Made by a program: the position numbers and the translations under genes. The notes below the pieces were generated by a model, which made no database searches, was not told where the DNA came from, and saw only the letters and a program-made list of their open reading frames with translations. This document shows, one piece after another, positions 1 to 9,721 of a stretch of 32,000 bases of DNA; the first letter of the stretch is position 1; each line of letters opens with the position of its first letter. The stretch comes from Desulfocapsa sulfexigens DSM 10523 (GTDB taxonomy: Bacteria; Desulfobacterota; Desulfobulbia; Desulfobulbales; Desulfocapsaceae): positions 1,410,001 to 1,442,000 of the forward strand of contig NC_020304.1 in NCBI RefSeq assembly GCF_000341395.1, given 5' to 3'.

Positions 1-77
1 TGACAATGCTCTTCGAACAGGCATTAAGTGGGCTGGCACCTGCCTCTTCTCCCCAACAACTTTCAGGCAAACAATGA
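1..77 (+). CDS. 3' end of an upstream gene (possibly a TetR-type regulator of the efflux operon), truncated by the window edge
   Basis: Frame 3 reads TMLFEQALSGLAPASSPQQLSGKQ* with its stop overlapping the start of the adaptor gene (ATGA). The family is a guess from operon context. Confidence 0.35.
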   Translation, partial: TMLFEQALSGLAPASSPQQLSGKQ

Positions 78-1216
78 AAAGTGAATATTCTCCCCAAAGT
101 AGTCGCGCCAGGATCGTGTACATGGTTTGGAAAAACCTCCCTCGCTTCCTTCTTCTCCTTCTTGTTATTTTGTCCCTGTTTGGTTTTCTGGGAATCAAGA
201 AGAAGGGAAAACAGTTGGTTCAGGAAAAAGCGGAGGCGGTAGCTGAACAGAGAGAGGCTGTAAATGTTGTAGTTCTCGAGATTAAGCCGGTTCTACTTCG
301 CGATCGTATTAATCTTCCCGGCTCAATAGAAGCATGGCAGAAACTTGAGCTTTTGGCAAAAGTTGCTGGAACCGTCGAAGAGATTCTTGTTACAGAGGGA
401 GATCTGGTTGAAGAAGGAGCTATCCTTGCCAGAATTGAAGATGATGACTACCGGATTGCCCTTCAGTCTGCCAAAGCATCCTGGACATTAGCAAAGGCAG
501 AGCTACAGCGGGTCCAGACCATGCATGCCAGGGGGATCGCTCCCCAGGCAGAGATGGAAAATCTTAATGCCCGTTTTCTTACGGCTCAGGCAGCTCTGGA
601 TGATGCAACGCTTAAGCTTTCCCGCTGCACCATTAAGGCTCCTGTAGCTGGAGTCATCAGTCGACTGGATGCAAAGCCAGGCCTCCTGCTCAGCGTTGCT
701 GATCCAGTGGCCGAAATTCTTCAGATGGAGAAGGTGAAAGCCGTGGTGGGAATTCCAGAATCTGATGTGGTAGCTCTTCGAGAGATTGATGAAATTAATC
801 TTGAAATCAAGGCGCTTGGTGACAAAATCTTCGTTGGCCGAAAACATTTCCTTGCTCCATCTCCTGAGTCCAACGCTCATGTGTACCGACTGGAGTTGGC
901 TGTTGCCAATCTCGACTATTCCATCCTTCCCGGAATGTTTGTACGGGCGGATATTGTCAAAAAAGAAAATGACAGGGCTCTGGCTGTTCCCCTGTACGCT
1001 GTCATTAACCGCAATGAAGAACAGTTTTTATATCTGGAAGTCGATGGTCGTGTACAGAAGCAGCCAGTAAAGCTTGGTATTATGGATGGCTGGATGGTCG
1101 GAGTGACCGCTGGCCTTGCCACTGGTGACCGGGTCGTGATAGAGGGGCATCGTGATGTTGAAGATGGACAGCAGGTCAGGGTTGTCCGCAGTCTTTCCTC
1201 CCTGGAGGCTCCATGA
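74..1216 (+). CDS. Efflux RND transporter periplasmic adaptor subunit (membrane fusion protein)
   Basis: 380 aa; N-terminal TM; HlyD/AcrA-like features (LPGSIEAWQKLELLAKVAGTVEEILVTEGDLVEEGAILARI, LDDATLKLSRCTIKAPVAGVISRL). Overlaps the downstream RND gene. Confidence 0.93.
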   Translation: MKSEYSPQSSRARIVYMVWKNLPRFLLLLLVILSLFGFLGIKKKGKQLVQEKAEAVAEQREAVNVVVLEIKPVLLRDRINLPGSIEAWQKLELLAKVAGTVEEILVTEGDLVEEGAILARIEDDDYRIALQSAKASWTLAKAELQRVQTMHARGIAPQAEMENLNARFLTAQAALDDATLKLSRCTIKAPVAGVISRLDAKPGLLLSVADPVAEILQMEKVKAVVGIPESDVVALREIDEINLEIKALGDKIFVGRKHFLAPSPESNAHVYRLELAVANLDYSILPGMFVRADIVKKENDRALAVPLYAVINRNEEQFLYLEVDGRVQKQPVKLGIMDGWMVGVTAGLATGDRVVIEGHRDVEDGQQVRVVRSLSSLEAP

Positions 1217-4200
1217 TAGTTTCGGATACAGCTGTAAAAAAATCGATCTCGGTTCTTGTCCTGGCTGTAATAATTCTTGTTTTTGGCACCTATTGCTACC
1301 TTGCACTGCCACGGGAATCTGAGCCCGATATCACAATTCCAAATGTTTTTGTCTCCACCTCTTACAGAGGCGTCTCACCATCCGATATTGAAACGGCTAT
1401 CACAATAGAAATTGAAAAAAAGCTTAAAGGGCTTGATGGCGTAAAAAAAATTGAATCTGTGAGTTCAGAAGGGCTTTCATCCATCAATGTCGAGTTTCTT
1501 ACCGGTGTCGATATAGACAAGGCCCTCCAGGATGTGAAAGACAAAGTAGATGAGGCCAAAGGGGAGCTGCCAAACGATCTGGAAGATGATCCCGTGGTCT
1601 TTGAAGTGAATCTATCTGAAATGCCCATCCTAGTTTTTTCCCTTTCCGGAACCTGCGGTCTGCCATGTCTCAAGGATATAGCTGACGATCTTCAGGACGA
1701 TATTGAGGCAGTAACCGGGGTTCTTGAAGTGGATATCAGCGGAGGTCTGGAGCGGGAGATCCGCATTGAGGTTCTCCCCGAGAAACTCGCATTTTATGGA
1801 CTTACAATTAACTCTCTGGAGCGGGTGGTTGCGAGCGAAAACCAGAACACTTCAGGTGGCGCCATTCACCTTGGAAAGGGAAGGTTTCAACTGCGTGTGC
1901 CTGGGGAGTTTGCAACACCGGAGGAGATCTATGGTCTGGTTCTCACCACCCATCAAGGCGATCCGGTATATTTAAAAGATGTGGCCAGGATTGTGGACGG
2001 GTTTAAGGAGGAATCCAGTCGATCACGCCTGAATGGCGATCAGGCAGTAAATATCTCGGTCAAGAAACGCAGTGGGGAAAATATCATTGCTATTGCAGAT
2101 GCTGTCGGCAAGATCATTGAAGAACGGCAGCAAGGCTGGCCAGATGGAACAGAGATCACCAAGGTGATGGATAAATCAAAGGATATTATCAATATGGTAG
2201 CTGATCTTGAGAACAATATCCTCTCAGGTCTGGTTCTGGTGGTGGTGGTCATTTTCTTTGCCATGGGGATTCGCAATGCCATTCTGGTGAGCCTTGCCAT
2301 TCCCTTCTCCATGCTGCTCTCCTTTGTTGTCCTGTATCTTCTTGGAATAACCTTGAATATGGTAGTCCTCTTCAGTCTGACGCTGGCGCTGGGGATGCTG
2401 GTGGACAATGCAATTGTTATTGTGGAGAATATTCATCGCTTTATGGAACAGGGGGTGCCACGAAGGGAGGCGGCCATGAAGGCAACCTCGGAAGTAGCCT
2501 ATCCTGTCATCGGTTCAACCCTCACCACCCTTGCAGCCTTTTCTCCTATGCTCTTCTGGCCGGGTATCATGGGCGAGTTTATGAGCTATCTGCCTCTGAC
2601 CCTGATTGTCACTCTGTCGTCATCTCTCTTTGTGGCCATGGTTATCAACCCGGCATTGGCATCCTTGTTTTTAAAAGTTGCTTCTGAGGGTGGAAAAAAG
2701 AGGATCGAACATCCGGGGAAACTTTCTGAGGAACAACCGATACAGATCACGACTCCATTGCTCCGGGGGTATACAGCATTGCTGAATGTGGCACTCGGCC
2801 AGCCTTTTTCCATCATTATGGTTTCCGTTTTTGTCCTGATTCTCATGGTTGAAGGCTGGTTGCTTGCTGTGGGACTTGAAAAACCCAAGGAGTTTTTTCC
2901 CGATATTGATCCAAAAGGAATGTATGTCAATGTGGATATGCCGGAGGGTGCCGATCTTGAATATATAAACCGGGTTATGCGGCGGATAGAGGGGGCGGTT
3001 GCCAGTGCTGAGATAGCAGAGGAAAATGAAGAGTTACCAGAGGAGGTGTACCGGAAGGCGCTACTTCCGGTTGAACACAGGGATAAGGATGGAAAGACTC
3101 ATTTCGGGCCTTCAGATCTTGCTAATATTGAAACTATCTATATGAAAGCAACCGTGGAAACGGGTGGTGGTTCGGCCTTTGAAGCTAACACTCCGAATCA
3201 TGTGGGGATTCGTTTTTTTGATCTTGAGGAGCGGCATGGTTCTTCCAAGGAAACCGTGGCGGAGATCCGAAGGCGGATACGGAATATCCCGGGTGGAAAA
3301 ATCACAATTGCCTCAGAGGCCCAGGGACCACCGACCGGAGCTCCTATCAATATCGAAATTTCCGGAGATGATTTTCAGATACTGGGTCAGATCGCAAAAT
3401 CGATCCGCAAGACCCTGAATACCATTCCCCACGTGGAAGACGTACAGGACAACTTTGTGGAGGGTATTCCTTCGGTTCAGGTGGCTGTGGATCGGCAGAA
3501 GGCGGCCCTTTTTGGTATTTCCACCGATATGATAGGTTTTGCTTTGAAGACTGCATATAACGGGTTGGAAGTTTCTTCATTCCGGGAAGGTAATGAAGAC
3601 TATGATATAACGGTACAGCTCGACGAAAAAAACCGCAGGGTGGTGGATGTGCTTCATGAGTTGATGATTCCTGCACCAAACGGTATGACGGTGCCTCTTT
3701 CCACCCTTGCAACGATCAAAATATCCGGATCTCTTGGTGATATCGTACGTATTAACCATGAGCGGGTGGTTACCGTGAAGGCGAATGTGGATGAGGCCAA
3801 GGTTCCGGCTCCAGTGGTGCGTGCAGGAGCGGAGGAGGCCCTGGCCGGGCTGATACTGCCTCCCGGGTATAAGGTTAGTTTTACCGGGGAACTTGAGGAT
3901 CAGCAGGAGTCTGAAGCCTTTCTTGGAAAGGCCTTCATTATCGCCCTGTTCTGCATCTTTTTTATTCTGGTGAGTCAGTTTAATTCGGTGGGGCAGCCGT
4001 TTATCATTATGACTTCGGTTATCCTCTCACTCGGTGGCGCCTTTCTCGGTCTGATGCTTTTCAAACAGCCCTTTGGTATTGTTATGACAGGTGTCGGAGT
4101 AATTTCACTTGCAGGGGTGGTGGTCAACAATGCAATTGTTCTTATCGATTATACCAATCAGCTCCGTGCTCGGGGCATGGCTGTAAAAGAGGCAGTGATG

Positions 4201-4539
4201 GCCGCAGGGGCGACACGGCTGAGGCCGGTACTGCTTACTGCCATAACCACCATCCTCGGGCTTATTCCCATGGTTACCGGGATCTCCTATGATTTTCGTA
4301 ATCTCGCCATGTGCTGGGTGAGTGAGTCCAGCCAATGGTGGCGCTCCATGGCCGTTGTGATCATCTTCGGTCTGATAGTAGCCACTTTTCTGACTCTGGT
4401 GGTGGTACCCAGCCTTTACTATCTCTTTCATCGTTTTCTGGAGTTGCAGCCGCGGCTTCGAGCCTGGCTCCATCGCTTGTACTGGCGTCCTTATCCTCTT
4501 CTCTCTGGTGAATCACAGGAGGTCAACAATGAAAAATGA
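1213..4539 (+). CDS. Efflux RND transporter permease (AcrB/MexB-like)
   Basis: 1108 aa; TDPDI-type N-terminus (PRESEPDITIPNVFVSTSYRGVSPSDIE), TM blocks, GMLVDNAIVIVENI, GVVVNNAIVLIDYTNQLRARG. Confidence 0.96.
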   Translation: MIVSDTAVKKSISVLVLAVIILVFGTYCYLALPRESEPDITIPNVFVSTSYRGVSPSDIETAITIEIEKKLKGLDGVKKIESVSSEGLSSINVEFLTGVDIDKALQDVKDKVDEAKGELPNDLEDDPVVFEVNLSEMPILVFSLSGTCGLPCLKDIADDLQDDIEAVTGVLEVDISGGLEREIRIEVLPEKLAFYGLTINSLERVVASENQNTSGGAIHLGKGRFQLRVPGEFATPEEIYGLVLTTHQGDPVYLKDVARIVDGFKEESSRSRLNGDQAVNISVKKRSGENIIAIADAVGKIIEERQQGWPDGTEITKVMDKSKDIINMVADLENNILSGLVLVVVVIFFAMGIRNAILVSLAIPFSMLLSFVVLYLLGITLNMVVLFSLTLALGMLVDNAIVIVENIHRFMEQGVPRREAAMKATSEVAYPVIGSTLTTLAAFSPMLFWPGIMGEFMSYLPLTLIVTLSSSLFVAMVINPALASLFLKVASEGGKKRIEHPGKLSEEQPIQITTPLLRGYTALLNVALGQPFSIIMVSVFVLILMVEGWLLAVGLEKPKEFFPDIDPKGMYVNVDMPEGADLEYINRVMRRIEGAVASAEIAEENEELPEEVYRKALLPVEHRDKDGKTHFGPSDLANIETIYMKATVETGGGSAFEANTPNHVGIRFFDLEERHGSSKETVAEIRRRIRNIPGGKITIASEAQGPPTGAPINIEISGDDFQILGQIAKSIRKTLNTIPHVEDVQDNFVEGIPSVQVAVDRQKAALFGISTDMIGFALKTAYNGLEVSSFREGNEDYDITVQLDEKNRRVVDVLHELMIPAPNGMTVPLSTLATIKISGSLGDIVRINHERVVTVKANVDEAKVPAPVVRAGAEEALAGLILPPGYKVSFTGELEDQQESEAFLGKAFIIALFCIFFILVSQFNSVGQPFIIMTSVILSLGGAFLGLMLFKQPFGIVMTGVGVISLAGVVVNNAIVLIDYTNQLRARGMAVKEAVMAAGATRLRPVLLTAITTILGLIPMVTGISYDFRNLAMCWVSESSQWWRSMAVVIIFGLIVATFLTLVVVPSLYYLFHRFLELQPRLRAWLHRLYWRPYPLLSGESQEVNNEK

Positions 4540-6028
4540 GTATTGGAAAAGGAGAGGCTTTTTGACTTTTTGTGGGATTCTCTGCCTGCAGGCAACGACT
4601 GCGCTTTGTGAAGAGGCAGCACTGGATCTTACCTTAAGCCAGGCCATTGAAACTGCCCTTTCCAACAATCTCAATATTCAGTTAAGCAGACAGGATCTTG
4701 AGATTGCACGAGGTGGCAGTGATCTGGAGCATGGCAGCTTTGACACGCTTCTGGAGACTGGGGTCGGGGCGGGTGAAACACGACTTACTCCGACCGTGCA
4801 GGGAAGTGCCTTGAGTGAAGACACCGGCTACTGGAACACCACCCTTTCAAAACGCATGGTTACGGGAACGGAGTTTGGCTTGTCGTGGAACAACGACTAT
4901 TACGACAGTGACTCCAGCTACTTGCTTATTGATCCACTGTATTCGAGTGGAGTTGACCTCACGATCAGTCAACCCCTTCTTCAGGGAATGGGTAATGAGG
5001 TACAGACTGCGGGGATCCGGGCTGCAGCAAAGAGAACAGAAGCTGCCATTTTTCTTGTTCACCGGGAGGCAGCAGAACTTTGCTCCCAGGTACGCAAGGC
5101 CTATTGGGAACTGGTTTCAAGCTGGCAGGATATTGAGGCTCTCGAACTGTCTCTTACCCTGGCCAGAAAGCTTGAGGAGGAGACCCGGAGTAAAATTGAG
5201 ACAGGAGTTCTGGCGGACGTTGAAATCTACCAGCCCCAGTCAGAAGTTGCGAGAAGGGAACAGAACCTTATCGGTGGGGAGCGGGCCGTCGGTGTTGCTG
5301 AAGACACACTGCGCTATCTGATGAACAATCAGGAGTGGAACAGACCGCTGAACCCGACGGATAGACCGGTTGTTGAAGAAAAGATTCCATCTCTTGATAC
5401 TGTTCTGGAACGGGCTCTGGTTAATCGTCCGGACATACGGGCTGCAGATATGGAGAAAGAGGCGGCAGAAATCATTAGTGTCGCAATGAAAGATAAGACG
5501 CTGCCTTCGCTGAATCTCTTTGGATCCGTGGGGCTTGGTGGGAATGAGGACAGTTACGGAAATGCCGTGGATCGGCTGAGCAATGACGGTGATACCCGAT
5601 GGCAGGCGGGGGTGAAATTTTCCCTGCCTTTGGAAAATCGAAGTGCAGAGGGAAAGTACAGACAGGCAAAGGCCCAGGCGGTGCGTGCAAAAATTGGGGC
5701 AGAACTCCTGCGTCAGCAGACACGAAGTCTCGCCAGACAGGCAGTGCGTGATGTGAGACTGAGTCTTAAGGCCATCGAGGCCACACGTAAAACCAGTCTT
5801 TCGTCACAAAAACGACTGGAAGGGGAGCAGACAAAGTTTGATGTGGGCAGAGCTACCACCTATGATGTACTTGTTGCCCAGGAGGCCTTTTCCAGGGCTC
5901 TTGCCGATGAATACCGGGCTCAGATTCTCTATGTCCAGGTCCTTGCTGAGCTTGATCGTATTCAGGGGATCGTAAGAATTAAAAATACTTCTTTTGTTGA
6001 GGGAAAGAATGAAAAAGATCAATTTTGA
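4529..6028 (+). CDS. TolC family outer membrane efflux protein
   Basis: ORF 4508..6028; the likely ATG at 4529 is preceded by AGGAGG. TolC-like repeats (LSLSQAIETALSNNLNIQLSRQDLEIA, FDVGRATTYDVLVAQEAFSRALADEYRAQILYVQVLAELDRIQG). Confidence 0.92.
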   Translation: MKNEYWKRRGFLTFCGILCLQATTALCEEAALDLTLSQAIETALSNNLNIQLSRQDLEIARGGSDLEHGSFDTLLETGVGAGETRLTPTVQGSALSEDTGYWNTTLSKRMVTGTEFGLSWNNDYYDSDSSYLLIDPLYSSGVDLTISQPLLQGMGNEVQTAGIRAAAKRTEAAIFLVHREAAELCSQVRKAYWELVSSWQDIEALELSLTLARKLEEETRSKIETGVLADVEIYQPQSEVARREQNLIGGERAVGVAEDTLRYLMNNQEWNRPLNPTDRPVVEEKIPSLDTVLERALVNRPDIRAADMEKEAAEIISVAMKDKTLPSLNLFGSVGLGGNEDSYGNAVDRLSNDGDTRWQAGVKFSLPLENRSAEGKYRQAKAQAVRAKIGAELLRQQTRSLARQAVRDVRLSLKAIEATRKTSLSSQKRLEGEQTKFDVGRATTYDVLVAQEAFSRALADEYRAQILYVQVLAELDRIQGIVRIKNTSFVEGKNEKDQF

Positions 6029-6623
6029 TGAGAACATAAAGGCTTGTCACGGCAATTTTGCCATGCAGGTAGATCAGAGTATCTCTGGTCAGGATGTGGT
6101 TATTGATCGTCCTGAAATGTTGCAAAAGAGAAGCGATCTTTGTCTGCTGTCGCTTTGCTCACTCATACTGGTTGTCACTCTAGTGGTATCCGGGTGCTCG
6201 GGCAATAGTCAGTCAGGAGAGGAGAATATGGAAGCATTGGCTGGAAAGAAATATATTGTTAATGGTCACCTGGCACCTTGTCCCGGAAGCCCGAACTGTG
6301 TGAGCAGTGAGGATTCCCTCCAAGACTCCAATATTGCTCCTATTGCATTTACAGGATCGGCATCTGACGCATGGCAGACCCTGCAGGAGCAGATCCTTGA
6401 GATGGGGGGACAGATTGAAGAGGTGGATGGCTTCTTTCTTCATGCCACCTTCCGCAGCAGCCTGTTTCGTTTTACTGATGATGTCAGCAGCCGCCTTGAT
6501 GGTGAAAATAACTGTATTCATATCCGTTCTGCCTCCAGGGTCGGCTATTCTGACTTTGGGGTGAACAGGAAACGGGTGGAGGAGTTGCGAAGACGACTGG
6601 CATCATTGACACAGGAGAGATGA
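5994..6623 (+). CDS. DUF1499-like lipoprotein (true start may be ATG 6117, giving MLQKRSDLCLLSLCSLILVVTLVVSGCSG)
   Basis: LAPCPGSPNCVSSED ... DDVSSRLDGENNCIHIRSASRVGYSDFGVNRKRVEELR is DUF1499-like. A lipobox LVVSGC lies after an internal start. Confidence 0.8.
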   Translation: MLRERMKKINFDENIKACHGNFAMQVDQSISGQDVVIDRPEMLQKRSDLCLLSLCSLILVVTLVVSGCSGNSQSGEENMEALAGKKYIVNGHLAPCPGSPNCVSSEDSLQDSNIAPIAFTGSASDAWQTLQEQILEMGGQIEEVDGFFLHATFRSSLFRFTDDVSSRLDGENNCIHIRSASRVGYSDFGVNRKRVEELRRRLASLTQER

Positions 6624-6661
6624 TATATGGCACCGGGCCAATGCAGCCTGCGAAATGTCAA

Positions 6662-7714
6662 TTATATCAGTTCTATCACGCCACTTTCTCCTGCCACGAT
6701 CTCACCTATGTCCCGGCAGGAAAATGGATAGTTTGAGCTGTTCATTTCTTTCAGAAGCTGTTCACTGGTCGTTGGTGGAGCTGCTATGAGAAGTCCGCCC
6801 GAGGTCTGGGGGTCAGCCAGTACCATTTCCATGGGCTCACCTTCAGTACCTCTGTTTTGCAGCCATTTCGAGTAAAACTTGCGATTGGTATAGGCACCCT
6901 CTGGAATGATGCCCATATTAACGAAATCGATACAGCCTGAAATAAGAGGAATCTGCTTTTTGATCAGTCTGGCCTTGACTCCTGAAGCTATGGTCATTTC
7001 ATGGAGATGTCCGAGTAGGCCAAAGCCGGTGATATCTGTGCAGGCGTGGACCTGGTAACCCCTGTCTCGAACAGCTGTGATTGCATCCGCCGGGGCACGG
7101 TTGAGGGTGGCCATAATGTGTGTGATCTGTTTCTCAATGTCAGCACCTGCCAGCTGTCCCTTGATGGCCGTTGAAAGAATGCCTGTGCCGAGGGGCTTGG
7201 TGAGGATCAGGCGGTCACCGACCCTGGCGCCACTGTTCAGCAGAACTTGATCTGGGTGAACCGTTCCCGTCACTGAAAGACCATACTTTAACTCTTTATC
7301 TTCCACAGAATGACCGCCGACCAGAAGTGCCCCGGCTTCCACCACTTTCGAAAGCCCTCCTTTGATAATTTCGCGGAAAATCTCAACTGCCATGGTTTTG
7401 ATAGGGCAGGCCAGGATATTCATGGCAAGAATCGGTGTGCCACCCATTGCATAGACATCACTCAAGGCGTTGGCGGCAGTGATCTGACCGAAGTGGTATG
7501 GGTCGTCCACGATGGGAGTGAAAAAATCCAGTGTCTGAATCAGGGCTGTCTCGTCGTTTAAGCGGTAGACTCCTGCATCATCACAGGTTTCTGCCCCGAC
7601 GATTAAGCGATCATTTTTGGGAAGGGTAATACCACAAAGTATTTGGCTCAGGTCCCCCGGGCCAAGTTTTGCAGCTCAACCTGCGGCTTTTACGGTTGAA
7701 GTCAGTTTTATCAT
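6662..7714 (-). CDS. selD: Selenide, water dikinase SelD, itself a selenoprotein (in-frame TGA at 7678..7676)
   Basis: The ORF track gives only 6662..7510 from a GTG. Reverse-strand reading upstream in the same frame gives ATG [128 protein letters not shown]. This is the normal SelD N-terminus with Sec at the catalytic Cys/Sec site. Confidence 0.93.
7643..7665 (-). promoter_or_regulatory. Candidate bacterial SECIS element in selD
   Basis: Reverse strand TTGGC-C-CGGG-GGA-CCTG-A-GCCAA folds as 5 bp, a C/A mismatch, then 4 bp (one G-U) with a GGA apical loop, 20 nt after the TGA. Confidence 0.6.
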
Positions 7715-7854
7715 TTTACGGGTTAAAAAAAATCTGCTTCCTGTCTGTTAGTCTCACCCGGTCAGGGGTGATAAATGAGAAAAACGGGACAGAAGGTGCT
7801 TTATTGTTGAATTTCCATGAAACATATTATAAATCTTTCTATCAGATTTTAACA

Positions 7855-7898
7855 AAAGGCACAAAGATATTTGTTTTCTTTGTGCCTTTCCCTTTTTT
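7855..7898 (+). terminator. Perfect 12-bp hairpin followed by CCC and six T, in the purF leader (attenuator or stray terminator)
   Basis: AAAGGCACAAAG-atatttgtttt-CTTTGTGCCTTT-ccc-TTTTTT, between divergent selD and purF. Confidence 0.6.
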
Positions 7899-7947
7899 AT
7901 ACAAATGCAGATTCACTGCCGAGTTGCTGTATACGAGGAATATTCCA

Positions 7948-9369
7948 ATGACAAATAGTAGCGTACAGATTGTTGAAGATGGACGCCCTAAGCATGAGTG
8001 TGGTATCTGTGGTATCTTTGGTCACGAAGATGCTTCAAAGCTCACCTATTTTGGCTTATACGCACTGCAGCACAGAGGTCAGGAAAGTGCAGGGATTGTG
8101 GCTTCCGATGAGGGAAAGGTTTCAATCCATAAGGCCATGGGCCTTGTTCCTGAAATTTTTTCAGAGGATATTCTTCAGGGCTTACCGGGTTCCATGGCCA
8201 TGGGGCATGTTCGATACTCCACCACCGGTTCCTCCAATGTGACGAACTCCCAGCCTTTAATGGTGAATCATAGAGGGTGCACCCTTGCGGTCGCTCATAA
8301 TGGGAACCTTGTTAACTCGCTTGAATTACGTCATGATCTTGAAGGGAAAGGGTCTATCTTCCAGACTGCAATGGATAGTGAAGTGATCCTTCATCTCATG
8401 GCACGTACCACCCATCTTGGTCTCGATCGGGCACTCAGCGAATCGTTTTCCTGTCTGAGGGGTGCCTATTCGATCCTGTTAATGACAGAGGATACTCTTG
8501 TTGCTGTCCGGGATCCTGGTGGGTTTCGACCTCTTTGTCTCGGAAAATTAAATAACGGTGCCTTGATTGTGGCTTCTGAGACCTGTGCCCTGGACCTGGT
8601 CGAAGCTGTGTATATTCGGGATGTTGAACCGGGTGAGGTTGTTATTATCACCAAAGATGGCATTCGTTCAATTTTTCCCTGGCCGAAGCAGAAAACAAGT
8701 TTCTGTATTTTTGAGCAGGTCTATTTTGCCCGTCCCGATTCAGACGTCTTTGGTATCAATGTGTATGAGGCCCGTAAACGAATGGGGGAGATTATGGCGC
8801 GGGAATCTGGTATGAAAGGGGATTTTGTTATGCCCTTTCCGGATTCCGGGAACTATGCGGCCATCGGGTTTTCCAGAGAATCCGGTATCCCTCTTGAAAT
8901 GGGAATGATCCGGAACCATTATGTGGGACGAACGTTTATTGAACCAACCCAATCCATGCGAGACTTTAATGTGCGGGTGAAACTCAATCCTGTAAGGGCT
9001 TTGCTGAAGGGAAAACGGGTTATAATTGTAGAGGATTCCGTTATCCGTGGCACCACTGGGCGGAGCAGGGTAAAGGCACTGCGAGAGGCAGGAGCCACAG
9101 AAGTTCATATGATGGTCAGCTGTCCTCCCACCCGCCATGCCTGCTACTATGGAATCGATTTTCCCTCGTCGGATCAGCTTATTGCAACGAACAATTCGCT
9201 GGAGGAAATAGCCGCCCATCTTGGTCTGGACTCAATTTACTACTTGAGTCTTCAGGGGATGGTCGAAGCCACAGGATTGAAACCCGAAGACTTTTGCCTT
9301 GCATGTTTTAACGGTGAGTATCCCGTCGAGCCCGACAGAAGTTTTACCAAGAATGCATTGGAGAGATAG
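7948..9369 (+). CDS. purF: Amidophosphoribosyltransferase
   Basis: ORF open from 7669, but MTNSSVQIVEDGRPKHECGICGIFGHEDASKLTYFGLYALQHRGQESAG starts at 7948. Also VIIVEDSVIRGTTGRSRVKALREAGATEVHMMVSCPPTRHACYYG. Confidence 0.95.
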   Translation: MTNSSVQIVEDGRPKHECGICGIFGHEDASKLTYFGLYALQHRGQESAGIVASDEGKVSIHKAMGLVPEIFSEDILQGLPGSMAMGHVRYSTTGSSNVTNSQPLMVNHRGCTLAVAHNGNLVNSLELRHDLEGKGSIFQTAMDSEVILHLMARTTHLGLDRALSESFSCLRGAYSILLMTEDTLVAVRDPGGFRPLCLGKLNNGALIVASETCALDLVEAVYIRDVEPGEVVIITKDGIRSIFPWPKQKTSFCIFEQVYFARPDSDVFGINVYEARKRMGEIMARESGMKGDFVMPFPDSGNYAAIGFSRESGIPLEMGMIRNHYVGRTFIEPTQSMRDFNVRVKLNPVRALLKGKRVIIVEDSVIRGTTGRSRVKALREAGATEVHMMVSCPPTRHACYYGIDFPSSDQLIATNNSLEEIAAHLGLDSIYYLSLQGMVEATGLKPEDFCLACFNGEYPVEPDRSFTKNALER

Positions 9370-9377
9370 GGGCGGAT

Positions 9378-9569
9378 ATGCTAAAGAAATCCATTCTCAT
9401 TGATGTTTATGAATGTAATGGTTGCGGAGCCTGCGTAGAAATCTGCCCCGAAGTTTTTATAATGGACGAATGGGAGAAGGCCACTCTTATTGATCCGGAT
9501 GCTGAAGTAACTGAAAGGGTGGAAAAAGCCGCCGCCTATTGCTCGCAAAAGTGTATTTCGTTTGAGTGA
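9378..9569 (+). CDS. Small [4Fe-4S] ferredoxin
   Basis: 63 aa; CNGCGACVEICPEVFIMDE ... AAAYCSQKCISFE. Confidence 0.88.
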   Translation: MLKKSILIDVYECNGCGACVEICPEVFIMDEWEKATLIDPDAEVTERVEKAAAYCSQKCISFE

Positions 9570-9721
9570 CAGATTTTTATAAGCCTGATTTGCAATCTCA
9601 AAAATACCGAATTAGGATCTTAAAAAAGTCCTTTCATGTTTTTCAGAAAGACTTCTGCTGTCCCGGGGCATAACATACAAATCATTACCTTCAAATTTAC
9701 ACGAATCAGCACAGGGAATTC

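Noticed and set aside
503-880. Antisense ORFs inside long genes (e.g. 503..880, 1028..1312, 2040..2408, 3347..3712, 8740..9219, 22209..22817, 26180..26629)
   Set aside because: All lie opposite well-supported coding sequences and show no recognisable protein features; expected shadow ORFs.
7669-7947. 93-codon N-terminal extension of PurF in the ORF track
   Set aside because: The extension passes through the hairpin/T tract and is not protein-like; the conserved protein begins at ATG 7948.
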